Shown piece by piece: positions 1 to 10,559 of a DNA stretch of 64,000 nucleotides. The position numbers were made by a program, and so were the translations under genes. The stretch spans positions 164,743 to 228,742 of the forward strand of contig NZ_JBDWYG010000039.1 in NCBI RefSeq assembly GCF_039982535.1, in the 5' to 3' direction. This DNA comes from Aliiglaciecola sp. GTDB lineage: Bacteria > Pseudomonadota > Gammaproteobacteria > Enterobacterales > Alteromonadaceae. Positions within the stretch are counted from its first letter, which is position 1. Each line of letters opens with the position of its first letter. Below the pieces are notes generated by a model, which was not told the DNA's origin, did not search any database, and saw nothing but the letters and a program-made list of their open reading frames with translations.

Positions 1-2
1 AG

Positions 3-482
3 TGCGAAAATTTGGTCTTAGTGGCAAGCTCGCCTAAGTTTTCCGAAGCAGAAAACTGGCCAGGCATAAAAGCGAACGTTTTACAGATATTTACTCAACA
101 ACTGGAAAAGGACTTTAGTAAAACCCTTGACCGTTTTATGGCAATTCAGGCTATTGGAAGTGAATCTGCTAAACAAGATATTAAGTTAATCAAGTCACAC
201 ATCCAACAATACCCCATTCCCGATGATAGGGCGTTACGGGCTGGGTTAAGTATTTTGGCAAACGCGGACTTACGCTCTCAATTAGGCGATATTACCTGCC
301 CCACGTTCCGCTTGTATGGTCGCTTAGATAGTTTGGTACCCGCGAAAGCCATTCCACTAATTGAAAACTTGCAAGCCTCTAATCTAACGCATGTTTTTGC
401 CCATGCGTCCCATGCACCTTTTATTTCTCATCCTGAAGAGTTTGTGCAGATCTTGTACAAATGTTTAAACATTAGCAGCTAA
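3..482 (+). CDS. bioH: Pimeloyl-ACP methyl ester carboxylesterase, C-terminal part (5' end outside window)
   Basis: Alpha/beta hydrolase motifs LVLVASSPKF, GRLDSLVP and ASHAPFISHP; frame is open from the window start; near tex/greB as in other gammaproteobacteria. Confidence 0.88.
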   Translation, partial: CENLVLVASSPKFSEAENWPGIKANVLQIFTQQLEKDFSKTLDRFMAIQAIGSESAKQDIKLIKSHIQQYPIPDDRALRAGLSILANADLRSQLGDITCPTFRLYGRLDSLVPAKAIPLIENLQASNLTHVFAHASHAPFISHPEEFVQILYKCLNISS

Positions 483-536
483 GTTTCCAATTTAGTCTAA
501 ATAGGCTATAATTTGCACAGGTAATGGGGGTTATCT

Positions 537-857
537 ATGGCATTTGATGTAACTAATAATGTAAATTCGGCAATCATATCTGGCAGCCTTGGGTTGAACC
601 GTGCGCAGCAGGGTATTACTGAAGCATCGCTGTCGATTGCGCAGAGCAATGGTCAAGCTCAGACCACTCAAGATGTATTAACTAATGCTGCAACCCAACA
701 GTTGGGGCAAGTTAACCAATTGTTGCCTAGTGGCGGTGACTCTTTAACTGATAACTTACTTTCTTTGCAAATTAATAGTCGCAATGCGATAGCGTCTGGC
801 AAAGTATTGGAAGTGGCCAATGATACAGTAGGTCGTATCATTGATGAGCTAGCTTGA
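537..857 (+). CDS. Small protein resembling the N- and C-terminal helices of flagellar rod/hook proteins
   Basis: N-term SGSLGLNRAQQGITEASLSIA and C-term LTDNLLSLQINSRNAIASGKVLEVANDTVGRIID resemble Flg rod/hook terminal motifs; GGGGG RBS-like sequence upstream. Confidence 0.6.
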   Translation: MAFDVTNNVNSAIISGSLGLNRAQQGITEASLSIAQSNGQAQTTQDVLTNAATQQLGQVNQLLPSGGDSLTDNLLSLQINSRNAIASGKVLEVANDTVGRIIDELA

Positions 858-874
858 GTTAACGAGCCTTTGTT

Positions 875-1849
875 ATGAATATTGTCACGCCAACACCAAC
901 AGCCATATTATTCCCGACGAATAATGTTAGCACCGATGCTGTTCGTAGAGACAATCAACAACGAGAAACTATTCCGCAGACAAGTAATGCAGAAAACTCA
1001 GCAGCAGAGAGTGGTTTAGGCTCAGAATCTGATCGTGTTAAAACCCCCGGTCAACAAGTTCAGGTGACCTACGAGCGACCTCAAGCTCAGCAAAATAATC
1101 AAGCCCAAAGCGATGCAACACAAGAAAACTTTGCAGACAAAGATAATGGCGAAGATCCGAGTGCCGGCAAAGAAGATGCTGAGAGTAAACAACAGCAGCA
1201 ACAACTAGCAGATCAGCAAGAAATTGAAGAACTGAAAAGTCGTGATGCTGAAGTGCGTGCCCACGAACAAGCACATGCTTCTGTTGGAGGTCAGTATGCG
1301 GCTTCTCCTACTTACGAGTATGAAAGTGGCCCTGATGGCAATCAATATGCGGTCAGTGGAGAAGTGTCCATCGACATTTCTGAGGAAGAGACACCTGAAG
1401 AAACAGTTCGCAAAATGCAACAGGTTCGAGCGGCAGCCCTTGCGCCAGCAGATCCATCTTCACAAGATTTACGAGTAGCAAGTGAAGCTACAAAAATAGC
1501 GACAGAGGCACGTTCTGATATTGCTAAGGAAAAGGCTGAAAGTGCGAAAGATGCTGTTAGTGATAATATTGAACAACAGTTAGGTGAGTCTTATGATTCG
1601 CCCCTTGCCGAAGCAACTGAATCTCCAATCACTGCTAACGTACCAGATTTAGATGAAATCGTAGACGGATTTGCCGCAGATTTTCCTACCCGTTCGTTAG
1701 AGCAGGGTACGGATGTTGCCAGCCTTGAGAAAGACCGCGAGCGCTTGGAAAATAGAGATAGTGGGATTTTACAACGTGTGTCTGTAATCGAAAGCTTCTA
1801 TCAAAAAGTATCTGAACCTCGTACTTCACAACTACAATTCAGCGCTTAG
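875..1849 (+). CDS. SprA-related putative metalloprotease family protein
   Basis: LKSRDAEVRAHEQAH...GPDGNQYAVSGEVSID...AALAPADPSSQD core typical of the SprA-related family; HExxH at 1262-1276; Q/E-rich low-complexity flanks. Confidence 0.8.
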   Translation: MNIVTPTPTAILFPTNNVSTDAVRRDNQQRETIPQTSNAENSAAESGLGSESDRVKTPGQQVQVTYERPQAQQNNQAQSDATQENFADKDNGEDPSAGKEDAESKQQQQQLADQQEIEELKSRDAEVRAHEQAHASVGGQYAASPTYEYESGPDGNQYAVSGEVSIDISEEETPEETVRKMQQVRAAALAPADPSSQDLRVASEATKIATEARSDIAKEKAESAKDAVSDNIEQQLGESYDSPLAEATESPITANVPDLDEIVDGFAADFPTRSLEQGTDVASLEKDRERLENRDSGILQRVSVIESFYQKVSEPRTSQLQFSA

Positions 1850-1991
1850 TCAACCTCTGCAGTAAGTATTCACTTACCTCGAAGCTCCTTCTAATTATCT
1901 AAATTTTTTATATTAGGAGTTGGTTAGCTCTGCTGTCAATGTCCTCACAAACAAGTAATCACTTGTCTGTGAGGAGCAGATTACGACGTCT

Positions 1992-4340
1992 TTATTTTTG
2001 TTTTGCTTTGGCAAAAGCATCGGCAAAAGCATTGCCCATAGCCGCATTGCCTGGTGCAGAAGATTGTTTTCGCGAATTATCTCGACCTTGGTTTTTTGCC
2101 GGTCGAGGATTCTTATTGTTGCTTCTATTGTCAGTCCTCGACGGATTTTCTCTTGTCCGTTGAGGTTTAGCGGTGTTGTCATCTAGTTTCATTGTAAACG
2201 CAATTCGTTTGCGTTGTTCATCAACTTCAACCACTTTAACTTTAACAATGTCACCGGCCTTCACTACTTCTCTTGGGTCAGAAATAAACTTATTCGTCAT
2301 CGCCGAGATATGGACTAGACCGTCTTGGTGTACACCAACGTCCACAAAGGCGCCAAAGTTGGCCACATTACTGACTACGCCCTCTAGAATCATCCCTTCT
2401 TTCAGATCAGATATTTTTTCGACACCTTCTTTGAATGCTGCGGTTTTAAACTCGGGGCGAGGATCTCGTCCAGGTTTTTCAAGTTCAGCGATAATATCGG
2501 TGACTGTGGGTAAACCGAAGTTATCATTGGTATAGGTTTCAGGCGATAAGGCTTTCAAAATCTCTTTATTACCAATGAGATCGTTAACCGCACATGCGGT
2601 TTTATCGACGATTTCATTGACTACCGGATAGGCTTCGGGATGGACTGCCGAGGCATCTAACGGATTGCTACCATTGACGATTCGTAAAAATCCAGCCGCT
2701 TGTTCATAGGCCTTTGGACCTAATCTTTCTACTTTCAGTAAATCTTTACGTTGGCTAAATGCACCGTGCTGGTCGCGAAACATCACGATATTTTGTGCCA
2801 GCGTACGGTTCAACCCAGAGACATGGGATAACAGTGCTGGAGAGGCGGTATTCACATCCACGCCCACCGCGTTCACACAGTCTTCGATGACATGCTCGAG
2901 GGATTTACCTAGGTTACTTTGGCTAACGTCGTGTTGGTACTGACCGACTCCGATGGCCTTGGGTTCGATTTTCACAAGCTCAGCAAGGGGATCTTGTAAT
3001 CTGCGCGCAATAGACACTGCGCCGCGCAAAGATACGTCCATGCCTGGAAGTTCTTGAGAAGCTAACTCTGATGCTGAGTAAACCGATGCACCCGCTTCGC
3101 TGACAACAATCTTACGCAGATTTAATTCAGGCGCTGACTTAATCAACTCCGCCACTAGCTTGTCTGTTTCTCTAGAGCCTGTGCCATTTCCAATACTTAC
3201 TAGCTGGACTTTATGTTGTTTACACAAGTTGGCTAAGGTGCGCAGTGATTTATCCCATTGATTTTGTGGTACATGGGGGAAGATAGTATTGGTAGCAACA
3301 ACTTTACCTGTGGTATCTACCACTGCTACTTTTACGCCCGTTCTTAACCCTGGATCTAAGCCCATGGTGACTTTGGCACCTGCCGGTGCTGCCATCAGTA
3401 AGTCGTTTAGGTTGCGGGCAAATACGCCAATAGCCTCTTCTTCGGCTTGTTCTCTAATAGCGCCGAATAATTCTGATTCCATGTGCAATTGGATTTTTAC
3501 TTTCCAAGTCCACTGCACTACCGTAGTTAACCATGCGTCTGCGGGTTGACCGCTAAATTGCAAATCTAAATGGTCGCGAATGATAGTTTCACAGTAGGCA
3601 CTGCGGTCGTTTTCTTCTCGTTGTGGATCAGCATCAAGGTTAACTTGAAGTAAGCCCTCATTGCGTCCACGAAACATTGCCAGTGCGCGGTGAGAGGGAA
3701 CTTTACTGATTTTTTCACTATGGGAGAAATAATCTGAGTATTTAGCCGCTTCTTTTTCTTTACCACTAACCACAGTGCTTTTGATATGTGCATTTTGCTG
3801 TAAATAGCGACGGACTTTTTGCAGTAGGGTCGCATCTTCTGAGAAGCGCTCCATTAAAATATATTTTGCTCCGTCTAGAGCCGCTTTTACATCTGCCACT
3901 CCGGCATCTGGATTGACGAAACTTTCAGCTTCCGCTTGAGGATCTAGTTGCTGATCTGCAAATAACTTATCTGCTAGTGGCTCAAGGCCCGCTTCTATGG
4001 CAATTTGCCCTTTAGTTCGTCGTTTAGGTTTGAACGGCAAATATAAATCTTCTAACTCGGTTTTATTTTCAGCCCCTTGAATCTTATGACTTAACTCTGG
4101 GGTCAACTTGCCCTGCTCATCAATAGATTTGAGAATGACTACTTTGCGTTCCTGAATTTCACGCAAGTAGCCTAAACGCTGCTCTAGGGTTCTCAATTGC
4201 GCATCATCAAGGCCGAATGTGGCTTCTTTTCTGTAACGCGCGATAAATGGTACTGTGGCGCCGCCGTCTAATAGTTCAACAGCCGCATTAACTTGTTTCT
4301 GCTCAACGTTAAGTTCGTTAGCAATTTTTTCGATGATCAT
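1992..4340 (-). CDS. tex: Tex family RNA-binding transcription accessory protein
   Basis: [23 protein letters not shown] and [10 protein letters not shown] motifs, C-terminal S1 domain; start taken at MIIEKIA (4340) rather than ORF-track 4361. Confidence 0.95.
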   Translation of the reverse strand: MIIEKIANELNVEQKQVNAAVELLDGGATVPFIARYRKEATFGLDDAQLRTLEQRLGYLREIQERKVVILKSIDEQGKLTPELSHKIQGAENKTELEDLYLPFKPKRRTKGQIAIEAGLEPLADKLFADQQLDPQAEAESFVNPDAGVADVKAALDGAKYILMERFSEDATLLQKVRRYLQQNAHIKSTVVSGKEKEAAKYSDYFSHSEKISKVPSHRALAMFRGRNEGLLQVNLDADPQREENDRSAYCETIIRDHLDLQFSGQPADAWLTTVVQWTWKVKIQLHMESELFGAIREQAEEEAIGVFARNLNDLLMAAPAGAKVTMGLDPGLRTGVKVAVVDTTGKVVATNTIFPHVPQNQWDKSLRTLANLCKQHKVQLVSIGNGTGSRETDKLVAELIKSAPELNLRKIVVSEAGASVYSASELASQELPGMDVSLRGAVSIARRLQDPLAELVKIEPKAIGVGQYQHDVSQSNLGKSLEHVIEDCVNAVGVDVNTASPALLSHVSGLNRTLAQNIVMFRDQHGAFSQRKDLLKVERLGPKAYEQAAGFLRIVNGSNPLDASAVHPEAYPVVNEIVDKTACAVNDLIGNKEILKALSPETYTNDNFGLPTVTDIIAELEKPGRDPRPEFKTAAFKEGVEKISDLKEGMILEGVVSNVANFGAFVDVGVHQDGLVHISAMTNKFISDPREVVKAGDIVKVKVVEVDEQRKRIAFTMKLDDNTAKPQRTRENPSRTDNRSNNKNPRPAKNQGRDNSRKQSSAPGNAAMGNAFADAFAKAKQK

Positions 4341-4458
4341 ACAAGACCCTTGATAAGGCATTAATGCCTAGAAAAACTGAAAATGGGCTTCTAGCGCCCA
4401 AAAATAAACAGCCGCAACTTTACCAGTGCAACTGATGATAAAAAACACCTAACAGCGG

Positions 4459-4932
4459 TTATTTTTCATATTCAATGCTTTTTATTAACCAATTGAACTC
4501 ACCAGCCTCCGTTCGCACGGTAGCTTCTTCATCAACTTCTTTTTTGAGCAGAGCGCGAGCCATGGGAGAATCAATGGAGATACAATCTTTACGATCAAAA
4601 ATTTCATCGTATCCGACGATTTGTAACTTTAAGGTTTTTTCGTCGTCGTTTTCTATTTCCACCCAAGCACCGAAGAACACTTTGCCTTCTTGTTGTGGTG
4701 AATAGTCGACGACTTTTAAATTTTCGAGACTTTTAGTTAGGTATCGTATGCGCCTATCTATTTCTCGTAAGCGTTTTTTATTGTATTGATAGTCTGCGTT
4801 TTCACTGCGATCACCTAGGCTCGCTGCCCAAGTCACCTTTCTTGTTGTTTCGGGCCGATCAACTCGCCAAAGATGGTCGCGCTCGTTTTGTAATTTTTGA
4901 TAACCCTTGCGGGTGATTAATGGGGTTCTCAA
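4459..4932 (-). CDS. greB: Transcription elongation factor GreB
   Basis: AASLGDRSENADYQYNKKRLREIDRR and ISIDSPMARAL; TTG start with GAGG upstream. Confidence 0.96.
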   Translation of the reverse strand: MRTPLITRKGYQKLQNERDHLWRVDRPETTRKVTWAASLGDRSENADYQYNKKRLREIDRRIRYLTKSLENLKVVDYSPQQEGKVFFGAWVEIENDDEKTLKLQIVGYDEIFDRKDCISIDSPMARALLKKEVDEEATVRTEAGEFNWLIKSIEYEK

Positions 4933-5407
4933 ATGAAAAACCTCTTATTTATTAAACACTGTTTTGTATTCAAAGACTTAGTAAATGGCCGCTATCTGGC
5001 AACCTAACAATAAATTATAACCGTTATTTTTTTAGTCAAAAACATTCCAAAAAACGATGAAATTTAGCAGGAAAAAATGCCATGTTAGGCTAATATTAAA
5101 GATAGTTAAACGACGTCCTGAAGCTTAAAGTAAATTGTAAAAATGTCGTCTTAACGTGCGCTGTAACTGACTTTCCTACCGAGTATGTTACAGGGTTTTT
5201 TTACATAACGTAAATAAATCGAGGGTGACTTTTAAAAGGAGGCCTATCGGTAAAAACTGTTGGTGTTGAACATGATATATGTTGCACCTTCAATACAATT
5301 AGGTAGTACAATTTGATACACAAACCCGAATTAATTTTGGGCCTTAAGGTCGAATAGAAAGACCAATAAAAAGCGTGGAATTAGGTTCAGCAGGGATGAT
5401 GCTGATA

Positions 5408-5452
5408 GAAAAAATAAAGCCGGAAGTCATTTTTGACTTCCGGCTTTTTATT
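5408..5452. terminator. Intrinsic terminator after fkpA (A/T tracts on both sides, likely bidirectional)
   Basis: 14-bp stem AAAGCCGGAAGTCA / TGACTTCCGGCTTT. Confidence 0.88.
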
Positions 5453-5476
5453 GATTTAGCTATTTTGAGTGAAACT

Positions 5477-6208
5477 TTACTCAGTAGCTTCTTTGGTTAA
5501 GATATCTAGTAACTCAACTTCAAAAATAAGTGTTGAATTTGGTGTGATTTTACCCGTAGCGCGCTCGCCATAAGCAAGTTCTGATGGAATATAAAATTTA
5601 TACTTAGAACCCACAGTCATTAATTGAACACCTTCAGTCCAACCAGAAATTACACGGTTTAGTGGGAAAGTAGCAGGCTCGCCTCGGCTATAAGATGAAT
5701 CAAATTCAGTGCCATCTAATAGAGTACCGCGGTAATGTACTTGCACGGTATCTTCTGCTGCAGGGCTATCGCCTTCTGAAGAAATCAATACTTCATATTG
5801 TAAACCTGACTCAGTCTCAGTGACGTTTTCTTTTTTAGCATTCTCAGCTAACCACTGTTTACCTTTTTCGATATTTTTTTCTGCTAATAACAATTGACCA
5901 GCTTGCATTGCTTTATCAATATCAGCATTCAATTTTTGAATTTCGCCTTGCTCCAATTGAGATTGTGCTTGCATTGCTGCTGCAAAACCTTTCAAAATTA
6001 ATGCTCTGTCTAGTTCAACACCCATGCTCTCTTGGGTAGCTAAACGTTGCTCAACAAAACCACCAACACTTGCGCCAAACGCATATGCTTGCTCTTCTTC
6101 AGCAGACGTAAATTTAATTTCTTCAACCTGTAATGGGTCGGCTTTTTGTTGACAAGCAGTTATGCCGAAAACAGATGCGACGACTAATGCAATAGCTGCC
6201 TTTTTCAT
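5477..6208 (-). CDS. fkpA: FKBP-type peptidyl-prolyl isomerase (lipoprotein-like signal)
   Basis: FKBP_N domain plus [24 protein letters not shown] and IPSELAYG; divergent from the WD40-slyX unit. Confidence 0.9.
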   Translation of the reverse strand: MKKAAIALVVASVFGITACQQKADPLQVEEIKFTSAEEEQAYAFGASVGGFVEQRLATQESMGVELDRALILKGFAAAMQAQSQLEQGEIQKLNADIDKAMQAGQLLLAEKNIEKGKQWLAENAKKENVTETESGLQYEVLISSEGDSPAAEDTVQVHYRGTLLDGTEFDSSYSRGEPATFPLNRVISGWTEGVQLMTVGSKYKFYIPSELAYGERATGKITPNSTLIFEVELLDILTKEATE

Positions 6209-6495
6209 TCAATTTCTCCAAAATTTCTTAAAAAATCAATTTGCTTATTTGCACAAGCAAAAATTCAAATACGTCTTTTCATTGTTGGGTAAATGTCCCA
6301 ACGTCCTCAAATAATTTGCGAGGCAGTTTAAATCGATCTGCTTAAACATGCTAGCAACAAACTGTAAAGGAGTAGCTGTTATTACTCCCATGCTGTTTCG
6401 TATTCAATTTGCCAATCGTTGTGAAACGCGCATTTTAAGGTGACTTGGGTATATACTAAACGAACTGAACTAATACACAAACTTGAATAGACAGT

Positions 6496-7515
6496 ATGTA
6501 CAAAACAGCGGACCGAATGATTTCACAATCTCAACTTAGAAAAACTTGGATAGTCTTTGTACTGATGCTTACCGGGTGCAGTGGTGCTATTAGTGAGCCT
6601 GATAAATCTGTACGCCATGCTATCGAAGGAGCTTATGCAGCAGACATTTCTAGCGATAATAAAATCGCGGTTGTCTCCACAGCCCAACAGGGAATTTTAG
6701 TGTGGGATTTGGTTGCACAAACTGAAAAATTTAAATGGAGCCATGAAGAAGAAGGTCATGTTGTTAATACTGTTGGCATCGTGCATATAGCGGCCGACAG
6801 CAGTTATGTGGTAACTGCCGATCGGGAAGCTTTTGCGCTATGGAATTTGTCCACTGGTGAGCCTGAAGGTTTTTGGCGAATTGATGAAGCTAGCGTTCGT
6901 GATATCGCTGTGAGTAACAATGGTCGGGGAATATTGGTCGGCAGAGGTAATGGCAAAGCTATGTTTTTTGAACCTACCAGCGGACGCCGGTTAGAGTTCC
7001 TTGGTCATCAAGAAAAAATCAACAGTGTGGATATATCGCCTAACGGGTTTTACGCGCTAACGGGTGGTAACGACTATGTTGCTTACTTATGGGATACTCG
7101 CAGTGGGCAGGTTATTCACCGTTTTACTCATTCCAGTCGTGTCACTAAAGTTGCTTTAGATGATGCTGGTCGATACGCCTTCACCGCAGACAGTAAAAGA
7201 GGGGCCAAAATTTGGGATGTGCAAACGGGTGAAGAGATAAGCCAGTTATCTTTCATACAACGTCAAAAGATCTTCAGTGCAGCTACGTTTTCAGAAGATG
7301 GAAAATATTTAGCTACAGGTTCACCCGGCAGGGCCCTAAACCTTTGGTCGGTATCTACAGGAAGTGAGGTGCAAGAGTGGCGTGTTACCCCTAAAGACGG
7401 GACACAACCTCAAAGTGCGGTGGTCTATGCGGTGAGCTTCGAACAAAAAAATCAGTTATTATCTGAAAGCAGTAGTGGCCTTGCTGAATATTGGGCATTT
7501 GAACAGGAAAATTAG
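6496..7515 (+). CDS. WD40-repeat beta-propeller lipoprotein
   Basis: Lipobox LTGC; repeated GH...WD-type units (GHQEKINSVDISPNG...LWD, AKIWDVQTG). Confidence 0.85.
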   Translation: MYKTADRMISQSQLRKTWIVFVLMLTGCSGAISEPDKSVRHAIEGAYAADISSDNKIAVVSTAQQGILVWDLVAQTEKFKWSHEEEGHVVNTVGIVHIAADSSYVVTADREAFALWNLSTGEPEGFWRIDEASVRDIAVSNNGRGILVGRGNGKAMFFEPTSGRRLEFLGHQEKINSVDISPNGFYALTGGNDYVAYLWDTRSGQVIHRFTHSSRVTKVALDDAGRYAFTADSKRGAKIWDVQTGEEISQLSFIQRQKIFSAATFSEDGKYLATGSPGRALNLWSVSTGSEVQEWRVTPKDGTQPQSAVVYAVSFEQKNQLLSESSSGLAEYWAFEQEN

Positions 7516-7521
7516 TTAAAT

Positions 7522-7737
7522 ATGAGTAACGATTTACACAATGAAATAGCACACTTGCAGACGCAGTTGGCGTTTCAGGAAGACACCATAGAACAGCTTA
7601 ACAAAGCTTTAGCGGATCAGCAGATTCAAATCGACAGAATGGCGTTTCAGCTAAAACATATGACTGAAAGAATGAAACAGATTGAGCCTTCTAATATTGC
7701 TGATTCAACCGAAGAAGCTCCACCACCTCACTATTAG
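7522..7737 (+). CDS. slyX: SlyX family protein
   Basis: LQTQLAFQEDTIEQLN and C-terminal PPPHY. Confidence 0.93.
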   Translation: MSNDLHNEIAHLQTQLAFQEDTIEQLNKALADQQIQIDRMAFQLKHMTERMKQIEPSNIADSTEEAPPPHY

Positions 7738-7840
7738 CCTAGCGCTGCCGACTTATACTCCCTAGCGTTATACTTCTCGATTGTTAATAGTGCTGTCTAT
7801 CAAAGGTGAGTTGAGTATTTTTATTTGCCAGCAATGGTTT

Positions 7841-8044
7841 TTAAGGCTTAAATACGCCAATAACACTTTCATTTTGTCGTTTAGCGGAGTCAACTTGCTT
7901 TTCAGTTTGTGATTCCGTGTAGTCGCATGCGACACAAGCTAACTTTTCCACATTGTTTTCGAAAAACAACATTATGGTGTCTTGTGCTTTACATTTTGGG
8001 CATATGGCGCCGGCGACAAAGCGTTTTTTCGTTTTGTTAGTCAT
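7841..8044 (-). CDS. yheV: YheV family putative zinc-ribbon protein
   Basis: KKRFVAGAICPKC...CVAC; divergent from yheS. Confidence 0.9.
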   Translation of the reverse strand: MTNKTKKRFVAGAICPKCKAQDTIMLFFENNVEKLACVACDYTESQTEKQVDSAKRQNESVIGVFKP

Positions 8045-8161
8045 TAATTTCTACTACTTGATTAGGGTAATTAGCTTTTCATTGTTGCACAAACGCGCAA
8101 TTTAAAGCGGTATCGGTATATAATACGCCAATTCAACTAATTTGATTAGTATTCTTCGTAA

Positions 8162-10096
8162 ATGATCCAAATTTCAGAACTGATTTTATTGCGAGGCAGT
8201 AAAGTCCTCCTCGAACACGCTTCCGCGACTATTTATCCTGGCCATAAAGTGGGACTTATAGGTTCAAATGGTTGTGGCAAATCTAGCCTATTTGCTTTGC
8301 TGCGACAGGAGTTACAACCTGACGCTGGTGAGTGCCAAATTCCTAAAAATTGGCAAATTGTATCGGTGGCCCAAGAAACCCCTGCTTCAAATCGCAGCGC
8401 CTTAGATTATGTGATTGATGGGGATGTTTTATATCGCCAATTACAGCAAAAGTTAGAAGAGGCTGAAACAAACCATGATGGAGAGAAGATAGCCGTACTG
8501 CATGGTCAATTGGAACAAGCTGGTGCCTACGATATCGAATCAAGAGCAGCAACCATTTTGGCGGGTCTAGGATTCAGTCATCAACAAATTAAAAACCCAG
8601 TAACCGATTTTTCAGGTGGCTGGAGAATGCGCCTAAATTTGGCGCAAGCATTGTTATGTCATTCTGACTTGTTGCTGCTAGATGAACCTACTAACCACTT
8701 GGATTTAGACGCGGTAATTTGGTTGGAAAGGTGGCTAACGAGATATACAGGAACATTGATTCTTATATCCCATGATAAGTCCTTTTTGGATAACACTGTG
8801 ACGGAAATTCTCAGTGTGGAAAGCCAAAAATTAATTGCCTATACCGGTAATTATGCCTCCTTTGAACGCCAGCGTGCAGAGCGATTACGTTTACAAGATT
8901 TGGAGTACCAAAAGCAACAGGCGAAAGTCGCTCACCTTGAATCTTTTATTAATCGCTTTAAAGCCAAAGCAAGTAAAGCAAAGCAGGCGCAAAGTCGGAT
9001 TAAACAATTAGAAAAAATGGAAGATTTGCTGCCCGCTCATGCCCAATCGCAGTTTTCATTTGAGTTTTTTGCGCCCCCTAAATTGCCCAATCCATTGGTA
9101 AAAATGGAGCATGTACAGGTGGGTTATGACGACACTGTGATAATCGATAGTTTGCATCTTAATTTGGTTCCGGGTAGTCGAATCGGTTTGTTGGGACGCA
9201 ATGGTGCGGGTAAGTCGACGTTAATTAAGTTGTTAGCAAACGAAAAGACGCCCATGAATGGTGAGTATATGACCTCTGCGGGCTTGAGCATTGGTTATTT
9301 TGCTCAGCACCAGCTTGAATTTTTGCGACCTCAAGATAGTGCCTTAGATCATCTTTATCGCCTTGATAAGCAGGCTCCAGAGCAGGCTTTGCGTGACTTC
9401 TTAGGTGGTTTTGGGTTTCATGGTGATCAGGCTCTTGGGAAAGTTGAACCTATGTCTGGTGGCGAAAAAGCCCGCTTGGTTCTGGCATTGTTGGTGTATC
9501 AAAAGCCAAACTTATTGTTATTGGATGAACCTACCAACCACCTCGACCTTGAAATGCGCCATGCCCTCAATATTGCATTGCAGAGTTTTGAAGGGGCAAT
9601 GGTTTTGGTATCACATGACCGTTTTTTACTAACCTCTGTTTGCGATGATTTTTATTTGGTCGACAGTGGTAAAGTGCAGCCTTTTGATGGTGACTTAGAT
9701 GACTATCGGGATTGGTTATTAAAGGATTCAAGTCAGAAAGCAAATAACAAGAACAATGATTCTTCAACAGAAAAGCCGGTAGATACTAAAATCGATCGGA
9801 AAAATCTCAAACGTTTGGAAGCTGAATTTAGACAAGCCACACAAGGATTACGTAAAGCCATTCAAACGGCAGAAAAGCAAATGAATCAATGTTCGACAAA
9901 GTTAGAAAAGTTAGAAGCAGCGCTTACTGACGTTGACCTTTACCTCGATGAAAATAAAGCTAAGCTAAAAGAACTATTGCTTGAGCAGGCCAATATCAAG
10001 GGAGACTTGGAAGAAGCTGAAATGGGCTGGATGGAAGCCCAAGAAGAACTAGAATTAAAACAACAGGTATTTGATGAACAACAATTGGTTAGCTGA
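8162..10096 (+). CDS. yheS: ABC-F family ATPase
   Basis: Two ABC domains (GSNGCGKS, FSGGWRMR, LLLLDEPTNHLD; GRNGAGKS, MSGGEKAR), no TM segments, C-terminal coiled coil. Confidence 0.9.
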   Translation: MIQISELILLRGSKVLLEHASATIYPGHKVGLIGSNGCGKSSLFALLRQELQPDAGECQIPKNWQIVSVAQETPASNRSALDYVIDGDVLYRQLQQKLEEAETNHDGEKIAVLHGQLEQAGAYDIESRAATILAGLGFSHQQIKNPVTDFSGGWRMRLNLAQALLCHSDLLLLDEPTNHLDLDAVIWLERWLTRYTGTLILISHDKSFLDNTVTEILSVESQKLIAYTGNYASFERQRAERLRLQDLEYQKQQAKVAHLESFINRFKAKASKAKQAQSRIKQLEKMEDLLPAHAQSQFSFEFFAPPKLPNPLVKMEHVQVGYDDTVIIDSLHLNLVPGSRIGLLGRNGAGKSTLIKLLANEKTPMNGEYMTSAGLSIGYFAQHQLEFLRPQDSALDHLYRLDKQAPEQALRDFLGGFGFHGDQALGKVEPMSGGEKARLVLALLVYQKPNLLLLDEPTNHLDLEMRHALNIALQSFEGAMVLVSHDRFLLTSVCDDFYLVDSGKVQPFDGDLDDYRDWLLKDSSQKANNKNNDSSTEKPVDTKIDRKNLKRLEAEFRQATQGLRKAIQTAEKQMNQCSTKLEKLEAALTDVDLYLDENKAKLKELLLEQANIKGDLEEAEMGWMEAQEELELKQQVFDEQQLVS

Positions 10097-10559
10097 TGAC
10101 TTTTGGCAGTTTTCTTTATTCCATTATGCCAACTCGGAAGTCAAACGATTAACCCTGCTGCTGCAGAATGACTATTCATTGAACGTTAACCTGCTACTCT
10201 TTTGTGGATTTTTAGATGCCCACAAGCGACAGCTAAGTGGGTCTCAATTTATCGAGTTAGCTAAGTTTATCGCCCTTTCGGTTGAGGAAGTTGAGAGAAT
10301 TAGGGCCTTGCGGTTAGATGCAAAGAGCAAGCATTCGGCGGCCTATGCTCAACTTTTACAGCAAGAGTTAGAAGCTGAAAAAATGCAACAAAGGCTTATT
10401 ATTCAATTTTGTAATCAAACCAGCTTAGGAAAACAAAGCAAATCCAACTTTGAACACTATTTAGCTTCACTTGAATCCCAAGGTGCAGGTGATTTAAAGT
10501 GTATTGTGCAGCAACTGGCTGAGATCATTTCTAACAATCAAACTAATTCTGATATATGA
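10071..10559 (+). CDS. TIGR02444/DUF2390-like protein
   Basis: FWQFSLFHY...LLLQNDYSLNVNLLLFC; lies between yheS and yheT. Confidence 0.75.
   Translation: MMNNNWLADDFWQFSLFHYANSEVKRLTLLLQNDYSLNVNLLLFCGFLDAHKRQLSGSQFIELAKFIALSVEEVERIRALRLDAKSKHSAAYAQLLQQELEAEKMQQRLIIQFCNQTSLGKQSKSNFEHYLASLESQGAGDLKCIVQQLAEIISNNQTNSDI

Noticed and set aside
480-875. Sigma28 promoter for the rod-like/SprA pair
   Set aside because: No TAAA-N15-GCCGATAA; the best partial match has wrong spacing
1022-3835. Short ORFs overlapping the SprA-related gene and tex
   Set aside because: Antisense or alternate-frame shadows of well-supported genes, with no motifs
5162-5192. TGTAAC-N19-GTTACA as a GacA/UvrY box for a Csr-type sRNA
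   Set aside because: The GacA box is TGTAAG-N6-CTTACA; spacing does not fit and the region has few GGA motifs
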